40,510 bases of DNA, from NCBI GenBank assembly GCA_000442015.1, contig KE561087.1:1-40510 (forward strand), given 5' to 3'. Made by a program: the position numbers and the translations under genes. Every line of letters begins with the position of its first letter. Position 1 is the stretch's first letter. A model generated the notes under the pieces. That model was not told the origin of the DNA. It worked only from the letters and a program-made list of their open reading frames with translations, and did not search any database. This DNA comes from Rozella allomycis CSF55. Its lineage: Eukaryota. Positions 11,909 to 23,364 of the stretch are shown piece after piece.

Positions 11909-14900
11909 ATGTCAAAAAGCGAGCTAGTAGATCCCACCTATGTAGAAAAAGTGAAGGAATACGTGGTAAGCAATATAAATAATTTTTCCCAGAACAAACA
12001 GCCGCTAGTTCCTGCGTATTTGCAGTATAAAGGCCTGGTGCACCAGCACCTGCACTCGTTCAACTATTTCACGAGCACTGACATGCAGTATATCCTCTCT
12101 GCGAATTCTCTGGTGTCTTCAGACGTTGACCCGCATTTCTATTTGCGGTATACGAACATATACGTGGGCGAGCCTACACTTGACGAAGAGTTTATATCGA
12201 AAAAGGTGACGCCGCAGGAATGCCGGTTGCGGGATGCGACGTATTCGGCGAATATCTATGTGGATGTCAAGTATATGAGACATAGGAATGTGCTTGTTGA
12301 GAAGAAGGGGATTGTGATTGGGAGATTGCCGATCATGTTGCGCAGCAAGAATTGTGTGTTGTATGGGAAGAGCGATAATGAACTGTTCAAGGACCATGAG
12401 TGTCCGCTGGATCCTGGTGGATATTTTATTGTGAGGGGAGTTGAGAAGGTTATTTTGGTGCAGGAGCAGCTGAGCAAGAATAGAATATTGGTTGATGTTG
12501 ATAAGAAAGGGGAGGTGTGTGCTAGTGTAACGTCGTCGACGCATGAGCGCAAGTCCAAGACGAATGTTGTGGTGGTGAAGGGCAAGTTGTATGTGAAGCA
12601 TAATTCGTTTACGGAAGATATGCCTATTGTTGTGGTGATGAAAGCGTTGGGTGTTGTGTCTGATAAGGAAATAGCCATGATGGTTGGACATGAATCGCAG
12701 TATTTGACAACGTTTGGACCAAGTTTGGAAGAGTGTTCGCAGTTGCATATTTTTACACAGAATCAGGCGTTGGAATATATTGGAAGAAGATTGAAGATTA
12801 CAAAGAGATTGAGCAAAACGTATGCGGATGAAGCAAGAGATTTGTTGGCTGGTGTTGTCCTGGCTCATGTGCCAGTTGAAGGAGTTAATATGTTACCAAA
12901 GGCTATTTACTTTGCGTTGATGGCTAGAAGAGTTATTCAAGTAATAAACAATAATTAAAAATAAAAGGCACTGAATAAGACTGTAGATATTGATGATAGA
13001 GATTTTGTTGGAAATAAAAGACTTGAATTAGCTGGCCAATTGTTGTCATTATTGTTTGAAGATTTGTTTAAGAGATTTAATTCTGATTTAAAGAAGAGTA
13101 TGGACAAGGTGTTATCAAAGCAGAATAGAGCCCAAGACGTAGATTTAGTGAGATTGTTGCAATTACAAGTTGATTCTATAACGCAAGGGTTCTCAAGAGC
13201 TATTTCGACAGGGACATGGTCGTTGAAAAGATTTAAAATGGAGAGAGCTGGGATTACCCAAGTGTTATCTAGATTGTCTTTTGTTTCAGCGTTGGGAATG
13301 ATGACTAGAATAACATCGCAGTTTGAAAAAACAAGAAAGGTTAGTGGGCCTAGATCTTTGCAACCATCTCAATGGGGGATGTTATGTCCTTCTGATACTC
13401 CTGAAGGTGAAGCTTGTGGGTTAGTCAAGTAACGAAATTTCGTAAATCAATAAAATAGAAATTTAGCGCTGTTGACTCATATAACAACTGATATTGAAAG
13501 TGAACCTATTGTTAAATTGGTTTATGTGTTGGGAGTTGAAGATATTTTGACAGTTCAAGCTATTCATAGACCAGGAAATGTTTTAGTGTTTCTGAATGGT
13601 CTAGTTGTTGGGATAACAAGAAGAGAAGAAGAATTTATTAAAGACTTTAGAACGATGAGAAGAAAGGGGAAGATTAATGAATTTGTATCAATTTATTTTC
13701 ATAATCAAACAAATTCTATTCATATTTCATCTGACAGTGGAAGAGTTTGTAGACCTTGTATTATTGTAGAGAATGGAGTGTCTAAAGTGACAAGAGAACA
13801 TATGAAAGAATTGGAGAATGGGATTTTAACATTTAATGATTTTGTTCATCAAGGGTTGATTGAGTATTTGGATGTTAATGAAGAAAATGATTCGTATATT
13901 GCAGTTTATGAGAATGAAATAATAAAAGAAACAACACATTTAGAAATTGAACCATTTTGTGTATTGGGGGCTGTTGCAGGGTTGATTCCATTTCCACATC
14001 ATAATCAATCACCAAGAAATACTTATCAATGTGCTATGGGTAAACAAGCTATGGGTTCAATTGCCTTTAATCAATTAGAAAGATTTGATACTCTATTGTA
14101 TCTGTTGCAATACCCACAACAGCCAATGGTTAAAACTAAAACTATTGAATTAATTGGCTACGATCAACTCCCCGCTGGTCAAAATGCAACTGTTGCTGTA
14201 ATGTCTTACTCTGGCTATGACATTGAAGACGCTTTGATTATGAATAAATCTTCTCTCGATAGAGCGTTTGGCCGTTGCATTGTCTTGAAAAAGTTTGGTA
14301 CAAATATTAGAAGATACGCTAATGGCTCTTTTGATAGAATTGTTCCAACTTCTAAAATTGATGGTAAAATTCCTTTCAAGGGTGCCATTCTTGATGATGA
14401 TGGAATCGCAGCTCCTGGTGAAAGAATTTTACCTGGTCAAATTTATGTTAATAAACAGATGCCTGTATCTCTCGCAAATGAAACTTCTTTCACACCCGCG
14501 CCTTTATCTTACAAGGGTGCTGTTCCTTCTTACATTGATAAAGTTCTTTTAACTTCAAATGGTGATTCACAAGAAACTGTCAAAGTTTTATTAAGACAAA
14601 CTAGAAGACCTGAAATTGGTGATAAATTCTCTTCAAGACACGGTCAAAAAGTAAATATTTTAACTATATGAAAATAAAGGGTGTTGTCGGTTTAATTGTT
14701 CCTCAAGTTGACGTTCCATTTAATGATCAAGGTATTTGTCCTGACATTATTATGAATCCTCATGGGTTTCCTTCCAGAATGACAGTTGGAAAAATGATTG
14801 AATTGTTGGCAGGCAAAGCCGGTGTTCTTGAAGGTAAATTACACTACGGAACAGTAATCTATCTATCCTTGTTTAATTAGGCATTTGGTGGAAGCAAAGT

Positions 14901-15390
14901 TGAAGATGTCAGTAAAACTCTAATTGAACATGGGTATTCCTACTCTGGAAAAGATTATCTAACATCAGGAATAACAGGTGAACCTCTACAAGCATACATA
15001 TTCATGGGTCCCGTCTACTATCAAAAACTCAAACACATGGTCATGGATAAAATGCACGCTCGTTCACGCGGTCCAAGAGCCGTTCTCACACGCCAGCCAA
15101 CTGAAGGTCGTTCCAGAGACGGTGGGTTGCGTCTTGGTGAAATGGAGCGCGATTGTTTAATTGGTTATGGTGCGTCGATGCTTTTGCTTGAGCGATTAAT
15201 GATCTCGTCGGATGCTTTTGAAGTTCATGTTTGTATGAAATGCGGGCTGCTTGGGATGAAGGGATGGTGTACTGGATGCTCTACTGGAAGGCATATTGTG
15301 CAGATGAAGATTCCGTATGCTTGCAAGTTGCTGTTTCAAGAATTGCAGTCGATGAATATCGCGCCTAGATTGGTACTAGATGATATTTAA
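11909..15390 (+). CDS. POLR3B: DNA-directed RNA polymerase III second-largest subunit (RPC2/Ret1)
   Basis: [70 protein letters not shown] (pol III type). Five introns, including an in-frame one at 11966-11992. Confidence 0.95.
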
Positions 15391-15477
15391 TTATCTTTTT
15401 AAATAAACCGTTTTCTCACATTTAATATCTGGTCAACGTGTTTATGAAATTTCTCATTGCAATTTGTTATCCCAAAA

Positions 15478-16879
15478 ATGCTATTTAGATCCATCAGGTT
15501 ATTTAATCGTGAACCAATCAAACAAACAAGACGATATTCCAAAGACTTTTTCAATGTTAAAGGCCTAGGAAATCTCACCGAAGAGCAAGCCCAAGTAATT
15601 ACCTTGACACGCTCATATAAATTAGCTTAAAGAAACGGTCAAAAAGTTTTCAGAAACCGAGATTGCCCCTCGCGCCGCATCGATTGACAAGGAAAATCAG
15701 TTCCCCATGGACCTTTGGCGCAAATTCGGCAATCTCGGCATTCTCGGGGTCACAGTCCCTGAAAAGTATGACGGTCTTGGTCTGGGTTATCTCGACCATG
15801 TTCTAATCATGGAAGAAATCAGCCGTGCATCGGGAAGCGTCGCACTCAGCTATGGCGCGCATTCCAATCTCTGTGTCAACCAGATATCAAGAAACGGCAA
15901 CGAAAAGCAAAAAGACAAGTACCTTCCGCGCGTATAATTGACGTTTGGATTTGATATAGTTGATATCCGGCGAGCATGTTGGCGCCTTGGCAATGAGCGA
16001 GGTTGGATCCGGCAGCGATGTCGTTTCGATGAAGCTGAAGGCTGAAAAGAAGGGTGATTATTATATCCTCAATGGCACTAAAATGTGGATCACCAATGGG
16101 CCCGATGCCGATGTTATAGTTGTTTATGCGAAAACGGATCCCGCGGCTGGGTCCAAGGGCATTTCTACATTTATTGTCGAAAAGGGTATGGAGGGTTTTA
16201 CGACTAGCCAGAAGCTTGATAAACTTGGGATGAGGGGGTCTAACACTTGTGAACTTGTTTTTGAGAATTGTAAAGTTCATGGTAGCTGGATTGGCTTAAT
16301 TTGATTAGAATCTCAGTTGATGGGTAAAGAGGGGCAGGGTGTGTACATTTTAATGAGTGGATTGGATTATGAAAGAGTCGTGCTTTCTGGGGGTCCTTTA
16401 GGACTTATGCAAGCGGCAATTGATTGTGCGGCTCCTTATGTTCACACTCGTAAGCAGTTTGAGACTCCAGTTGGTGAATTTCAAGTAACATGATTTACAA
16501 TCTAGTAATGTTAATGCAAGGGAAACTTGCTGATATGTACATAAATCTGAATACCTCAAGATCCTATGTATATGCGGTAGCAAAGGCATGTGATAATGGC
16601 ATTCGTGATAACAAAGTAAGAACGTTTTAATAGCACGATAGGATTGCGCTGGAGCGATTCTTTATTCTGCAGAAGCCGCCACAGTAACATTTGTTTTTGC
16701 TCAATTTAAAGAAAGTTGCATTAGATGCTATTCAATGTCTGGGTGGAAACGGTTACATTAACGACTATCCTACTGGCAGGATATTGCGAGATGCAAAGCT
16801 GTATGAAATTGGAGCTGGAACAAGTGAAATACGAAGACTTATTATAGGCCGTGAGTTCAACAAATTTTACAAGCAATAA
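15478..16879 (+). CDS. IVD: Isovaleryl-CoA dehydrogenase, mitochondrial
   Basis: [84 protein letters not shown]-terminal presequence; 6 introns, one of them GT-TG. Confidence 0.93.
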
Positions 16880-16967
16880 ATAATAGATGATTCCCACTAA
16901 AGACGCATTATTCATGTACATTATTCACATTGCTTGTTATTCTCACCTTAACTGCTGTGCCACATTT

Positions 16968-17723
16968 ATGGACGCCAGCAATGAGCAAATTGATCCACTG
17001 CTTTGCATGCCGACTATAAAGCAAAACCTGGACAAATTTTCGCCGAGATATGCCGATCGAAGCAAGGCGCTGGCCGACATTATTGACAAATCATACCACC
17101 GCGACAGAATTGAAAAGATGTTAAAAAAGGCGTTTGAAAGCAACGTTGACCGAGATTATATAGAAATGAATGATATAGAAGCGAATAATGTAAAGATGCA
17201 GAAGAAACATGCGTGTAGCGAATCGTTGACAAGTTGTTCGCTGCTGAATTTGATGTTGGCGGAAACTGGTGTTACGATAACGGCGCTGTTGTTTGAGCTT
17301 CATAGGGGATTGAACAATGAGTATTGGAAGCATGTGGGGAATGATATGCGGAAGATTATATTTTCATTCTTGTATAGTGAAACCAGCTACTATTTCCTGT
17401 CGAGCCTTGAGCTGCTTTTGAACCGCTATTCGGGTGAATGTGTGAGAGATGATGTGAAAGAGTATATTGACAATTTGTGTTCTCTGCAGTATATGGCGAG
17501 GGAGTACAAGTCATTCAAGGAGGTATATAAGCCGCTGCTTAGTTTGAGGAGTGAGCATGATGGAGACTGGGTTCCACAGCCAGCCGATTTTGATAATATA
17601 ATACGAAATAGAGAATCAAATATGATTAGGAAACAGCGGCTGATTAACTGGACTACGCCGTTGATTATTGTATTGATTGTAGTAGTTGGAAGACTGTTTA
17701 TTGTAACTAGAAAAACTAAATAA
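16968..17723 (+). CDS. Hypothetical protein with a C-terminal transmembrane helix (start uncertain)
   Basis: Long intronless ORF; C-terminal PLIIVLIVVVGRLFIV followed by a basic tail; no recognised domain. Confidence 0.55.
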   Translation: MDASNEQIDPLLCMPTIKQNLDKFSPRYADRSKALADIIDKSYHRDRIEKMLKKAFESNVDRDYIEMNDIEANNVKMQKKHACSESLTSCSLLNLMLAETGVTITALLFELHRGLNNEYWKHVGNDMRKIIFSFLYSETSYYFLSSLELLLNRYSGECVRDDVKEYIDNLCSLQYMAREYKSFKEVYKPLLSLRSEHDGDWVPQPADFDNIIRNRESNMIRKQRLINWTTPLIIVLIVVVGRLFIVTRKTK

Positions 17724-17748
17724 AAAATTGGCTTTGATAGAAATTATT

Positions 17749-20029
17749 TTATTGAGAGACTTCTTTTATGATTTGTAATTCAGAGAGAGTTGATGACCCT
17801 TTGATTTCCAGACCATTTTCGTTTGCGAGATGGAGAACGCATATGAAGCAAAATGGGACTGAAATATCGCGAAACTTTTCTTCTGGATAAAATGAGGAGA
17901 GGCCATTGACGATATTTTTAAAGTCTATTGTGTTATTTTGAGGGACTGTTTCAATTTCAGTCCAAATGTTTTCTTTGAGTTTTTTGACGTCGACTTTTTT
18001 TGAGGTTTTAGCGTAATTCATTTTTAAAGATTTTGTTAATTTTGGTTCAGCGACTAGGGTGTTGCCGAAATCGAAATCTAATTCTAGACCATTGTAGAAT
18101 GGCTGTGAAGTTGGAATGTCGTCGTCTTCATTGAAATCGAAGCCAGCGAATTCTTCTTCTTCAGAGGCAACTATTAATCATTTAGAAGAATTTATTACGA
18201 TTGTCATTGAAGAGAGATCCTCTTTGTTGAGTTGTCGTTAAATCTAATGGTTGAGCAGTAGGAGAAACATCACCCATAGGAGAAACATCATCAACATTAA
18301 CATTGTGATTATCATTACAATCATTATAGTTATCATTATTGTTGTCATATTCAAGTTGGTTTGAGTCGAAACCTTTGCCTTGTGTAAATTTTACTCTCGT
18401 TGAAGGTTTTAGAGTAAATTTTGGTTTAGTGAAGAGACAAGTGAATTCTTTTGAAGAGATTTGAAAATCATCTGGCAAAAGATGAATATTTTTTGTTTGT
18501 TCTTGAAGATTATTTCTAGTAAAAGTGATTGGAGCTTGATTTGTTGCTTTTGTAGCAAAAAGTTGATCTAAATTGATTGGTTCCATTGAAAAGAAATCTA
18601 TAAAAAATTCCTTCTTTTCTTTCTTTTGTTTTGTTGGTTTATTTATAGAATTTTTAGTTTTAATAAAATTTGTTAATTTCCAATGTTCTGGACCTAGATT
18701 TGATCTAAAAATAAATTTTGATTACCAGCCCAATTCTTAAATATTCTAGAATCAAAATACGAAAAAATATTTTCCTTTTCATTCGCCATTGAAGACAAAA
18801 ATTCTTCTTCAATTGGAATTCTTTGTTGCTGAGTTTCTTCATTAATTTGTTCAGGCAAAATATCTTCATTTTCTTCAAATCCTTCATTAAAATCAAAATT
18901 ATTTATATCTTCTTCATTAATCAATTCTTCTATTTGAAGTGGAACATTATCTTCTATCCTTTTAAACATCTCCTGCATATCAATCGTCATGCTATTCGTT
19001 GAATCCCCAATCGAATAATCCTTAAACGTTGGGCAAATGTCTCTACTAAAAACATCTTCAATATCAGGTATAAATTTATCTATCTTCAATCCACATTCAA
19101 TTTACCAATCAACTTTGAAATATCCAACTCTTCATTCCTCTCCAATGAACTTGGAATCTCTTCATCTATCACATCAACCGCCTCACTCGAATCAAACAAT
19201 ATCTTCCCTGAACTCGTAATCATCAAATTATTCAACAACAAGCCCCTCGCTCCCCCTTCATCAAAGTCTGCACTAGTCTTCTTAAACAACGGATCAACAT
19301 CAAACTCCAAATCAAAATTCTTTATGCTAATATGCGCCAAGTTCTTCTCTATCGTATTCACACGGTTTCTCCGCTTCACCTTTTCAACATTCACCTCTTC
19401 ATCATCCTCTTCATCCTTGTCCTTTATATTCGCTTTCCCTATCTCACATTATCACCATCATTACTCTTTTCTGATTCAGACAATCCAGACAACAGCTTTC
19501 CAGTCTCTGTCGCTACAGAATCAACTCTCGACGTATATATCTTCACACACCCATCCAACGTACACGACGCCTACATCCCCCACCACTCATCTCCCTACCT
19601 TTTGAAAGTTAATCGAATCCCCATCTCTCAGCAAACTCATCTCACTAAAATAATCAATCAGCGCCAAATTCCACGTATTATTCACATTAATTTTCTATCC
19701 AATCCCTAACAAAATTTTACATTATCAGCAGCAATCTTTATCCACTCCTCAAACTGCTTGCTCGCAATCTCCTTGCTCGGAATAACAGCTGGCTTTTCGT
19801 TCGACAACACCATTTGTTGTTTTTGTTTGTTTGGACTCTGGAATAGCAACCGACCACCAGTCGGACTAAGAAGCAACGGACGGCCCTGCTTTGGTGATTG
19901 CATAGGCGAAGGTGATAGCAGCGCCAACGAGCGTCTCTGGCGCTCCTGCATAATGTTTCTGCGCTTCTTGCGGATTTCAGTTGCATCGTCGTTAAAAGGA
20001 GACATTAATGGTCTCTTTTGTCGCGTCAT
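17749..20029 (-). CDS. NCAPH: Condensin complex subunit 2 (barren/Brn1/CAP-H)
   Basis: EEWIKIAADNKIN..NTWNLALIDYF, NFQKASCTLDGCVKIYTSRVDSV, DPLFKKTSADFDEGGARGLLLNNL, WAGPEHWK, ISVPFCFICVLHLANE; 6 introns. Confidence 0.93.
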
Positions 20030-20192
20030 TTTCGATTGCGAAATTTACAAATTGGAAAATGGCGCGCTCAAGGAGGAATGGATTTATGAAGAAATTGTTG
20101 TGGAACCTAGAGAGAAACGGAGCTGAAAGAACTTCTTTATAAATTAACTATCAGAGTGGACGAACTGATTCTGAAACCAATTGAGAGGTAGT

Positions 20193-20275
20193 ATGTTTTG
20201 AATCTAGTTAGGCCGAATAGAAGATCATCAGAAATGAACATAATTGATGCAATCCACTAACTAGATTCAAAACAT
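20193..20275. repeat. Perfect 19-bp inverted repeat with a 45-nt spacer
   Basis: atgttttgaatctagttag (20193-20211) and ctaactagattcaaaacat (20257-20275) are exact reverse complements. Confidence 0.9.
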
Positions 20276-20785
20276 CAAGCTTATTTGGCACTGAATATGG
20301 AACTCCTAAGTACTCTTCATTGAGTGTTTGTAAAACGCGCTCATAAATAATACTGTGAACTCAGTGACAAGCTCTTTTCCTAATTGGTCAGTTTGTATGA
20401 TTCCTCCGGCCACTGTTCTTTCGGAAGTTCTGGCAAACTCCCGCCGACACTACCACTGAAGAGTTGTTATCAATCGCAAAGCGACTTGGAGTGGATTACT
20501 TGGGACCGCTGTTGAATTTCCTTGTTCCTTCCCTAAATCTGGAAAAATGCATGGAAACAACAAACTTCTTATCGTCTTTCTCTTGTCGCAGAGAAGAAAA
20601 TAATTCAAAGAAAGCCAGGTGTCATATTTTCTGCAATAGTACGATAGCAATCACGAAAATAAAGGTTGTGCAAAGAGGTGGACAGAATTATATTGTAATT
20701 GTCATTCATTACAAAAGTTTCAGGGTCGATACGAACGCAGGAACTTACAAATCGGAAAAATAGTGCTAAAATCATTGGGTTTTTA

Positions 20786-22241
20786 TTAACCGTGGTAGAT
20801 CTCTGCATCAATTTGGTGCATGCTTTTCTTTGTCAAGGCGATGCCTCGTTCTTTTCGCCGCTTTCCTTCAAGATATATCATGGCTTCCTCATAGGTTCTT
20901 GGCATGATTTTTGGGACATTGTCTTCCTTGGATCGAAATGTAAAGTAAAATGTGTTGGTTGTGTCACTTTGTCCTGTTTTTACATCAGTAACGTCAGCGA
21001 TGACCTTTTTTTATGAAGCCACAAGATTACCTGAACCTGAAATGAATGATGTGGTGCTCCTTCAGAATAAACAACTTGAGCAGTAAACGTCAAAATGGAG
21101 CCAATAGGTACTGGTTTTTTAAACGATAATTCATCTAATGCAACAAAATATGCTTTTGACTTTATGAACAGCGATGCATTGGCGAAAGCAAGTTCAAATG
21201 CTTCTCTCATTAGAAAACCCCCAAAGATAAAATTATGAATGTTTCTATCCTACTTATGTAACGCTTCTTAAATGTACTTGTGGGTGACAAAATTTTGTCG
21301 ACTTTAGTATAGTATCTTCCATATACATAAAATTATTATGCTTTTCGATTTTATTCTTTTCCAAAAATAAATTATGTATGATCACACTCTCCATGCTTGT
21401 TGGAGGCTGCCTGTCCAAAGACAATTGTGCTTCAAGCTGCTTTCTCTTTCTATGTTCTACAAAATTCGAATCACATCCATACCATCCGCTAGTTGAAAAT
21501 TCAACAATTCTTCTTCAGTTTCTAGTTTTAGCGGATTGACCATGACCGCCTTATTCGCTTTGGGATCGCGTGCGACCATCGTAAACTTTGCGATCGCTAC
21601 ACTGTTCCATTTAATTTCTGAATCAATTTCCTTTTTCGTTTCTACTTTTATTGTGACTTCCATACTACTAGACCCAACATACGTAACATTCCCGCGCAAA
21701 TACACGTCTTGGTCTTTTCTCAAAAATGATATCAAATCAATTCGATCAACCGATGCTGTAACAATAACAAGTTGTTGATGATGAAACGAATCACAGTGTA
21801 AATATGCTATAGACCCAGCTACGGCATCCAGATCTTCCATTATGCGGCCAAATCGCAGCCCTCCATAAACATTCACATATTCTTCCCTCAATGTTTCATT
21901 GCTCTTAAAGGCAAGGCATCTATTTTATTTTATGAATATAAGTACATCTCGAAATACGAATCTGACATTTTCCTCGCTGCAAGGTTAGAGGCACCACCAA
22001 CAATGATGGGGTTCTTTAATTTTCTAGAGCTTTTTTCATATTTAATACTCTCTGCTTCCGCTTGATACTTTCGCTCTCCCCATAATGATCTTGGCAGAAT
22101 GGATAACGTTGGGTGCTGTGTCCTCATTGTGGGCATCACAATCTTGGGATCGTCGGTTTTGTTGCTAAAATATCTTCTTGGTAAAATTAATTTTCTCGTG
22201 TGATGATTCCCAAGGATTCGCCTAAAACAACAAGAAAACAT
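20786..22241 (-). CDS. ACOT9: Mitochondrial acyl-CoA thioesterase, double hot-dog fold (ACOT9-like)
   Basis: Arg-rich presequence; YVNVYGGLRFGRIMEDLDAVAG..IVTASVDRID, HPQDRNIHNFIFGGFLMREAFELA, TNTFYFTF..MPRTYEEAMIYLEGKRR; 4 introns. Confidence 0.85.
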
Positions 22242-22375
22242 GAAAAGGTAAATTTCGTAGATTAACCTGTCAGCTTGATTCTGGTTATATTGCTGCTTAA
22301 TACTTTGTGGAAAAAGTAAAGTTCTGCACAAAAGAACAATATAAAATGAAAAATATGTTATTAAGCCCAAAATAA

Positions 22376-22448
22376 TGCCTTCTGGGGGATTCGAACACCC
22401 GACCTCATGCTTACTAGGCATGCGCTCTGCCAACTGAGCTAAGAAGGC
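22376..22448 (-). tRNA. tRNA-Thr (anticodon AGT)
   Basis: GCCTTCTTAGCTCAGTTGGCAGAGCGCATGCCT-AGT-AAGCATGAGGTCGGGTGTTCGAATCCCCCAGAAGGCA. Acceptor, D and anticodon stems pair fully; TTCGA loop present. Confidence 0.95.
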
Positions 22449-22602
22449 TGTTGTGTCCTCATTTCTCTTGTTTTGATAATGTTGAATACCCTTTACCGCA
22501 TTCATCTGCTGTGTTATGTCTTTTTTCCCAGTTACGATAGCATAGCTACAAATTTTGGCACATTTCTGTTATCTAAATTATCCGTTTTGATTTTTCTTAA
22601 CC

Positions 22603-23306
22603 ATGAATTTTCTTGAATTCGGGCCAGCACTAGATACAATATTGGGCGAGCTGAACGCGCTCAAGGATGTCCTTGAAGATTTTGTCACTATACAAGAAAA
22701 TGCAAATACTCTAAACTCATGCCTACGATCCTTTCTTCATTCCACAGAGCTGATATCAGATTCCTTGGCATTCAAATTGGTAAAATACAATTATCTTCTC
22801 ATAGATGAAACCATCCTTGAAAAAAGATATCAAATCTTACGAATGTGTAAAGTCTGTAGTTGAAAGTCAAACAACATTGCATAAACAAGAACCTGATGAA
22901 GAAGATAAAGAAAATAAGATTATGGAAAGCGAAGAATCGAAAATACAAAATAATTTCAACAACTTTGTGAAAAAAGAAATTAAGAAAAAGCCATTAAAGG
23001 GACGATCTGTATTCATTAAGAAATTGCTGTCAAACCTGGAAATGAAATACCGCCAAAATCCAGCGAAAGAGGTGATTGTCCATATCTTGGGACTTTTGTA
23101 TGATTCTCGCGAGATGGGGGTCCTTTTTAGTGAACTTGCCATGGAAGCTGGTGCAGCGAAGACCAAAGTTACTGAGTATGTTAACATGCTCTTAAGGAAT
23201 CGTGATATTGTTAGGGTGAATAAAAAAGTAAATATATGTTATGTCTTAAACAAAGGGGTTGATTTATTCGATCAATTTTGACAAGCACAGGATGGATTTT
23301 AAATGA
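22603..23306 (+). CDS. Putative DASH/Dam1-like kinetochore protein with a winged-helix-like C-terminus
   Basis: N-terminal helix PALDTILGELNALKDVLEDFVTIQENANTLNSCLRSFLHSTEL resembles the Dam1 core pattern. Introns at 22780-22804 and ~23228-23255. Confidence 0.4.
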
Positions 23307-23364
23307 AATTGAAGTGTTTGTTGCAACCTGAATAAATGTTTACGTTTCTAGGTATCTGTTGAGA

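Noticed and set aside
12119-12868. Long antisense ORFs (also 36365-36997, 27716-28453 and 5237-5752)
   Set aside because: Shadows of real genes caused by skewed codon usage; the translations lack protein-like motifs.
20193-20275. Resemblance of gttttgaat..aaaac to CRISPR repeat ends
   Set aside because: Only one inverted pair, no direct-repeat/spacer array, no cas genes, and a eukaryotic context.
20280-20780. Coding-like minus-strand fragments downstream of the thioesterase
   Set aside because: Stops in all frames and no intron model joins them; no evidence for stop-codon recoding.
22384-22400. One T:C mismatch in the tRNA-Thr T-stem
   Set aside because: Single mismatches are common and the rest of the cloverleaf is intact; not enough to claim editing or pseudogenisation.
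22242-22505. ORF extension running through the tRNA into the thioesterase
   Set aside because: Chance open frame over tRNA-Thr; the presequence starts at ATG 22241.
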